A DNA stretch of 64,000 bases from assembly GCA_028534125.1 (NCBI GenBank), contig CM052830.1, forward strand, positions 23,498,001 through 23,562,000. The letters are read 5' to 3'. Below, one piece after another: positions 58,690-64,000 of the stretch. Both the position numbers and the translations under genes were made by a program. This DNA is from Lama glama. Taxonomy: Eukaryota. The notes beneath the pieces were generated by a model. The model worked only from the letters and a program-made list of their open reading frames with translations. It did no database searches and was not told where the DNA came from. Each line of letters begins with the position of its first letter. The stretch's first letter is position 1.

Positions 58690-58835
58690 CTAGCCAGACG
58701 GGCTTTGGGATCCAGCTGCCTCCGTTCAAGTCCGGCTCTCCCACTGGCTAGCTCTGTGGCCTCAGGCAAGAGTGCATCGTTTCTGTGCCTCAGTTTCTCC
58801 ATCTGTGATATGGGGATATACTTGCTGCTGGGATT
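58690..58835 (+). mobile_element. MIR SINE
   Basis: GTTCAAGTCCGGCTCT..CTAGCTCTGTGGCCTCAGGCAAG..TCTGTGCCTCAGTTTCTCCATCTGTGATATGGGGATA. Confidence 0.85.
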
Positions 58836-60651
58836 TACGAAGACAATGCAGCTTCAACTTTGTCACCCAGGACCAGGCCTAGCACCTCAATCTCTCCAAG
58901 GCTTGCAACCCAGGCCCCTTCAGAATTTGATACAGTGCTGGATCTTACCCTCCTTACCCCCATCCTGCTTTTGGCCAGACTCCGGGGAGCCTCTGTCCTG
59001 CAGTCGTGGGGTGCTAAACTTGCCTTGTGGCCAATTGTCTGGGTTTCACCTGTTGCTGACTTTCCAGCCCCTCTCAGCCCCTGAAGCTGCACCCAACCCC
59101 CCGGCACCAGTCCCTGTATCCTCCTCCCACCCACCGAGGCTTGGATCCGTTAGGGACCCAGCCTCTCAGAGTCATTCTCCTTTTAGAGCGGGAGCTCGGT
59201 GAAGGTTTGGGTATCGATGGAATAAACGAAACAATTGATGAGAGATGCCACTCCCTGTCTCCCTCCCTGCACTGGCCCAGGGTGCAGCCTCCAGGCCCCC
59301 ACTCAATAGTCTGGATCCACAGTCCGAATTCCTCTTACCTACCACGGATGGGGCTCCTGCCCACGATCTGAGCCGTGGGGAGTTTGGTCCTGTCTCCAAG
59401 GTGAATTTAATCATAGCATCATCCTCACCCATCCAATCCCTGGGTCCACACAGATGTAGCTCTGAGCACACACGCTGACAAAACGGGCCTGCAAGATATT
59501 ACAAGGCGTGGCGGGGAAAGCCAGGGCGTCTCGGCACCGGTCCTCAGCACGGGGGCTAAATCAGCCCCTCCTCCGGGAAGCCCCCGGTGGCATCCTGGGG
59601 CTTACAGGGCCTTCCGTGTTTGTGTTCTGCACCTGGACTGGAAAATGTGAGCCACCAGCCTGGCTTTTTGTCATCTGAGTGAAACCTCTGTTCTGCATAA
59701 AGTCGGTGGGGGCAGAAACCACCCTTTCCTTTTCCTGTACTGACCTGGCCCCACCAGCTCAGGGTCGAGCAGAGAGCTCTGTAGACCCTGAAGTGCCACA
59801 GAAGCGAGGATCCCAGAATCCAGAATCCTTAGCCTCTTGTTCAGAGGGGAAGAAAGCGAGGCCAAGGAAGGCTCACTGAGTCGTGCAGGGCCCGGGCGAG
59901 TTCCGGCTCTGAGCGTGGCTGGGCAGTGGCTCTCTCCACCACCCCCTGCTGCCCCTGTGAGTGCGAGCCAGGTGGAGTCAGGATGGCACTGGCCACGGAA
60001 ACAGAGGCAGGGAGACCGTGGCACACGTGGCTTCCAACCTGAGGGACTTCAGGGGCTGGGGCGGAGCCAGATGGAGCCAGACAGTGAGGGGTTTCCAGAC
60101 AAGCGACTTTAAACGCTAAACCTGAAAAGTCCCAGAAAAGTCAGAACGAGTTGGCTACTCTGTGCTTGTCCGGGGTGCTCGCCTGCCTGCCTGCCTGGCC
60201 GTGGCTGAGCGAGTCCCAGGTACAGAGCGCCTGGTTCAAGCTGGGCCAAGCATTTCCTTCCTTCCGAGAGCTTGAAGCTTGAGTGGAGGGCCTTGGGAAA
60301 AAACACTGAGAGTGTGTCCCTCTAAAGGCAGAGCCCAGAGCGAGGAGTCCACCAGCCCTGGCTGCCTGAGGCCAGGAGCTCAGCTCTGCTTCGATTCTTT
60401 GGCTACTCCAGAGGTTTCCAGTATATCCAGTTTCTGCCTTTCCCACCTCCCGGCACTGACTGAGTCCCCCTGACATACCCTGGTGTTATACCAGCATCTC
60501 TCATCTTGGGTACTTCCCAGAGTGGCTCATTTTTATTCATCTGTCTGACTTTTGATGATTGCTAGTCTGTGGCTCCAGAGGAGAGAGGCCAGGTCTGTGT
60601 GTGCTTACCAGCCAAGGCTGGAACCCAGCACAGTGCCTGGCCTCACTCTTA

Positions 60652-60797
60652 GGGGGAGGGCACAGCTCAGGCGGAGAGCACCTGCTTAGCATGTACGAGG
60701 CCCTGGGTTCAATCCCCAGCACCTCCATTAAAAAATAAATAAACCTGATTACCTCCCCCTTAAAAGTAATAAAAAATAATTTTAAAAATTAAAAAAA
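60652..60797 (+). mobile_element. tRNA-Ala-derived SINE (Vic-1-like)
   Basis: TGCTTAGCATGTACGAGGCCCTGGGTTCAATCCCCAGCACCTCCA, then AATAAACCTGATTACCTCCCC and an A-rich tail. Confidence 0.9.
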
Positions 60798-60965
60798 GGT
60801 ATACAGTAAGTTACTTCTGTAGAGCACAGGGAACTATATTCAATATCTTGTAGTAACCTGTTATGAAAAAGATTATGAAAACAAATCTATGTGTGTATAT
60901 GTACGACTGAAACATGCTGCACACCAGAAATTGACACATTGTAAACTGACTATACTTCAATAAAG
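60798..60965 (+). mobile_element. Artiodactyl/camelid-type L1 3' terminus
   Basis: AGCACAGGGAACTATATTCAATATCTTGTAGTAACC..ACACCAGAAATTGACAC..TTGTAAACTGACTATACTTCAATAAA. Confidence 0.85.
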
Positions 60966-61204
60966 TTTTTTTAAAAACAGATTTTTTTCCCAAACACTTA
61001 CCATATGCCAGCGGAACAAGGGAAGGAGAACTGAATCCAGAGTTAAGTTCTGTTGCTGGTAACCAAATGGACCTTGAGAAATGAATGCTTTTCTTCAAAG
61101 GCGTAGCTCAAGGTCTCCCTTTGTACATTTGTTTGCTTACTTCACACAGTGAACGCTGAATGCTAACTATAAGGGAAATACGAAATCCGGTCCTTGCCCT
61201 CCAG

Positions 61205-61376
61205 CAGCGGTTCTCAGACTTCAGAGGCTCCGAGGTGCCCGGGGGGCTTGTTGGAATGCAGATCCCCGGGCCCCAGCCCCAGAGCTCCCGAGTCAGCAGG
61301 TCTGGGCTGGGAGCGGAGACCGTGTCCTAACAAGCTCCCAGGCGAGGCTGATGCCTCGGAGGGGTTGGGACCGCTG
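61205..61376. mobile_element. MER5A MITE
   Basis: CAGCGGTTCTCAGACTT..GGGCTTGTT..ATGCAGAT..GGGCCCCAGCCCCAGAG..TCAGCAGGTCTGGG..TAACAAGCTCCCAGG. Confidence 0.8.
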
Positions 61377-61459
61377 CCCTGCTGGAACTGGAAACTCCAA
61401 GGAGAAGGGCTCCCACAGAGTTGACTTTTCAGTGCGTGGCAGGAAACAGAAGTACGGCC

Positions 61460-61942
61460 ATTAGGTTTTCGGCATCTGTTTCCCCTTTTGATGACAACAC
61501 CAGGATTTCCTTTTGAAGATCTATGCCTCCTTCACGCTTAGGCCGTGTGTTCCAGATAAGGCTCCCACCTGGCTCTGCGGTAGAATGTGAGCCCAAGAAC
61601 ATACAGCCAGGAACTGGGCTCACCCAGTCACGTGACTTACCTTGTCCACTCGAGTAGGATCCTAGGACCTTTGCCAGAACCCCCGGGAAGGAGGGTTCTT
61701 TTCAGGTGGACTAGAATGGCTCATATTCATCTTGCCACCATGAGGAAAGAGCCTCTGAAAACAGAGTCTATGAGAGAAAAGCAGAGAAGAGGGCATTGTT
61801 TAATGCCCCTGGATCCAGCCATGCCTGAAGCCAACAGTCCCTGGGCTTGTCAGTTACATGAGTCAACAAATCCCCCTCTGCATAGGTCATATTTGGAGAT
61901 GGGATTTTCTGACACACAATAGGAAGCTGACCATTTGATACA
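61460..61942 (+). mobile_element. MaLR solo LTR (MLT1K-like)
   Basis: CATCTTGCCACCATGAGG..CCCCTGGATCCAGCCATGCCTGAAGCCA..CAGTTACATGAGTCAACAAATCCCC..GATACA. Confidence 0.8.
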
Positions 61943-62329
61943 AAGTGCTCCAGGAATTTTGAGGTGAGTCATCCTTTCTGAGTCAGGGAGGCTTTGTGGA
62001 TGGTCAGAGAAGGGAAAGGAGAAAGCCTTCTAGGTGCAGAATTGGGAGAGTGGAGGATGTAAGCGGAAGCGTGTGGTGGGGAAGAGTGAGGTGCAGAGGT
62101 CATGGCAGAGACCGGTGGGCTGGTTCTCAGTACCCAGTGAGAAGCCTCCTGGAGAGTGGAGCCCGAGAGGAAGGGGGGCGTCTTGCCACCCCGCTGGGAA
62201 GGCACTTTGCCTTCTGCAGTCTTCTTTCCCAGAAGAGGTCACCCCCGATGCCAGAGGTTCCCAGAGCCTGCTGGTTCCTTGGGTCCAGACTTCCTGCCCA
62301 GACGGGGCAGCTGGGATGAGGTCATGGCT

Positions 62330-62530
62330 GGGGAGAGATTTTCATCCTCTCGCTAAGCTGCTTCTTTCAGTAGCAATTGCTGTCTTGCTTAATCTCAGAA
62401 TTATCTGATTGTCACAGTCGAGTTTTCCACATTAGGCAGCGAGCCAACGAGTTACTTAACCTATAATTGCCCTTTAATGAAGCCCATCTTCAGAACTGAG
62501 TTGTCAGAGGGAAACTTGTAAACACACAGC
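62330..62530. promoter_or_regulatory. Putative conserved non-coding element
   Basis: Unique island with TTAATC, TGATTGTCA, TAATTG, TTAATGA and the FOX site GTAAACA. Confidence 0.4.
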
Positions 62531-63069
62531 GAGGTCCAAGACCGCGCTGGCCCCAGACGTCGCAGCCAGGCCCTGGACTCCTCTCTGGCGTCAGGCACAT
62601 TTGTCTCAGTTCCTGGGGCTTTATCGCCGGCTGCCACCCAGAGCAGAGAGGAGTCTGCTGCTCGCAACAGTCGCCAGAAGAAGGTCGAGCTTTCTAAAAG
62701 CAAGATTAGGGGACTTGGTTTGGGTGCACACATTCCCCTTAGCCGAGGGCCTCCTCCTCCCCAGGGTTCTATGAGAGGTGACAGCAGTGGCCAACTTCTC
62801 AGCTTGAACTTTCCAAAACCCACACAACGCCTGTCTTCAGTGCAAATGCACGGTGGTGGGTGTGTGGCTGGTGCAAGGCCCACACGACAGAGACGGTAGG
62901 TGAGGGAGGCTGACGTCACAGAGGGGTTCTTCCTACAGCAGCTGTCTGGGCTGGGCCTCCCCCGAGTGTGGTCGGGCATCAGCCCTCCGGCAACTTACAG
63001 TTGCCTCCGAGAACATTAGAGATGAGGTGTCATCCTCAAGCCATCGGGGGCAAATCAGGACGAGGGAAG

Positions 63070-63290
63070 AAATATTTACAGAGCACCCACTGCGTGCCTG
63101 GTGTTGTGTTAGGCACTTTATGTACTTTGCCTCATTTCATTTTCGGAACAACGCTAGGAGCTAGGTCCTCTTATCCTTATTTTATAGATGAAACATGTGC
63201 AGCCCAGAGAGGTTAAGTAACTTGGCCAATATCACACAGCATGTGGGTGTGGGAGGCAGGGTTTGAACTCAGGTTTATTTGATGCCCTGG
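63070..63290 (-). mobile_element. Near-full MIR SINE
   Basis: GAGCACCCACTGCGTGCC..TTTTATAGATGAAAC..CCCAGAGAGGTTAAGTAACTTGGCCAATATCACACAGC..GTTTGAACTCAGG. Confidence 0.85.
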
Positions 63291-63672
63291 CCAGTAAGCA
63301 CTCTTTCAACAGCCCGGTGGTTCCTAATCATAATGCCCATGGTGCTGGCCCAGAGCCAGGGAGGGTGCAGATGAGAAGGGCTGTGGGTCCATGAGTAAGA
63401 TACTGCCTTGTCTGGGACGTGCTTAGAAACAGCGCAGGAGCGCAGTGATGGAAGTGGACAGGAGCACGGGCGGGAAGCTGGGCTGTGAGACGGTGCGTGG
63501 GGCTCATCAAACAGTTCTGTCTAATTTTGTCCAAATTGGAAATTTTTCATTACGAGAAAGGTTTTCAATGTCAGCACTTTCTCTGGAAGTCAGTGGCCCC
63601 TCCCAGCACTCCCCAAACACCCTGTACACGTCTGCCACTTCCCTGCACTCACCATGTCACACGATAGTCACG

Positions 63673-63807
63673 TTTTGGGGGGGGTAATTAGGTTTATTTA
63701 TTTTTATGTATTTATTTGTTTATTTTTTAATGGAGGTGCTGGGGATTGAACCCAGGATCCCACGCATGCTAAGCAGGCCCTCTACCACTGAGCCAGGGCC
63801 TCCCCCC
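63673..63807 (-). mobile_element. tRNA-Ala-derived SINE (Vic-1-like) inserted in an L2 3' end
   Basis: Reverse complement of the same SINE. Flanks ATAGTCACGTTT and AGAGTCACCTTT are a probable target-site duplication. L2-like sequence (TGAGCTCCTTGAGGACAAGGAC) follows. Confidence 0.9.
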
Positions 63808-64000
63808 TTAGAGTCACCTTTGCGATTTTCTGTGTCCCTCCAAGACCGTGAGCTCCTTGAGGACAAGGACAGCGTCTGTCTTGTTTGCCTGACCAGTTTT
63901 CATAGGCTGAGAAAATGAAAAATGGGTCTGGTGCACAGCTGAGTGAATGAAAAATCCAGAGAACTAGGCCTTGGAGGCTGGCTGAATTCCGATGAGCCTA

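Noticed and set aside
127-63918. Hundreds of 60-290-aa ORFs in the six-frame track
   Set aside because: They are Pro/Gly/Arg/Ala-rich, overlap on both strands, often lack an ATG start and show no recognisable domains. This is the expected by-product of GC-rich DNA. The only homology seen is decayed L1 ORF2.
1-64000. CRISPR array, operon or prokaryote-like defence system; naming a specific host gene
   Set aside because: There are no regularly spaced repeats and no gene-dense segment, and the repeat content is mammalian throughout. No exon identifies the locus, so any gene name would be a guess.

Overview
This window is mammalian, GC-rich, essentially non-coding DNA (intergenic or deep intronic). 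Four tRNA-Ala(AGC)-derived SINEs resemble the camelid Vic-1 family, and there is an artiodactyl-type L1 3' end, so the source is probably a camel, llama or alpaca. No ORF in the six-frame track looks like a real cellular protein; the only recognisable peptide is a decayed L1 ORF2 C-terminus at about 32.3-32.7 kb. The window is a mosaic of ancient repeats (MIR, L2, MLT1 LTRs, MER5, Tigger1, MER104-like, L1M). Between them lie about 15-20 repeat-free islands rich in homeodomain, FOX, SOX, PBX, MEIS and posterior-HOX motifs. These look like conserved enhancers in the regulatory block of a developmental gene; the gene cannot be identified from sequence alone. There are four N gaps. Notable points: (i) local AT-to-GC and CpG-gain tracts inside L1 fossils, suggesting GC-biased gene conversion; (ii) shared 9-12-mers among the enhancer-like islands, one also carried by a SINE tail; (iii) no young insertions in 1-56 kb but five in the last 8 kb; (iv) a well-formed 93-nt frame-preserving candidate exon on the minus strand. 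I found no evidence for a new multi-gene system, CRISPR array or RNA gene. All repeat family names come from remembered consensus sequences and need RepeatMasker/Dfam confirmation, and conservation is inferred rather than measured.
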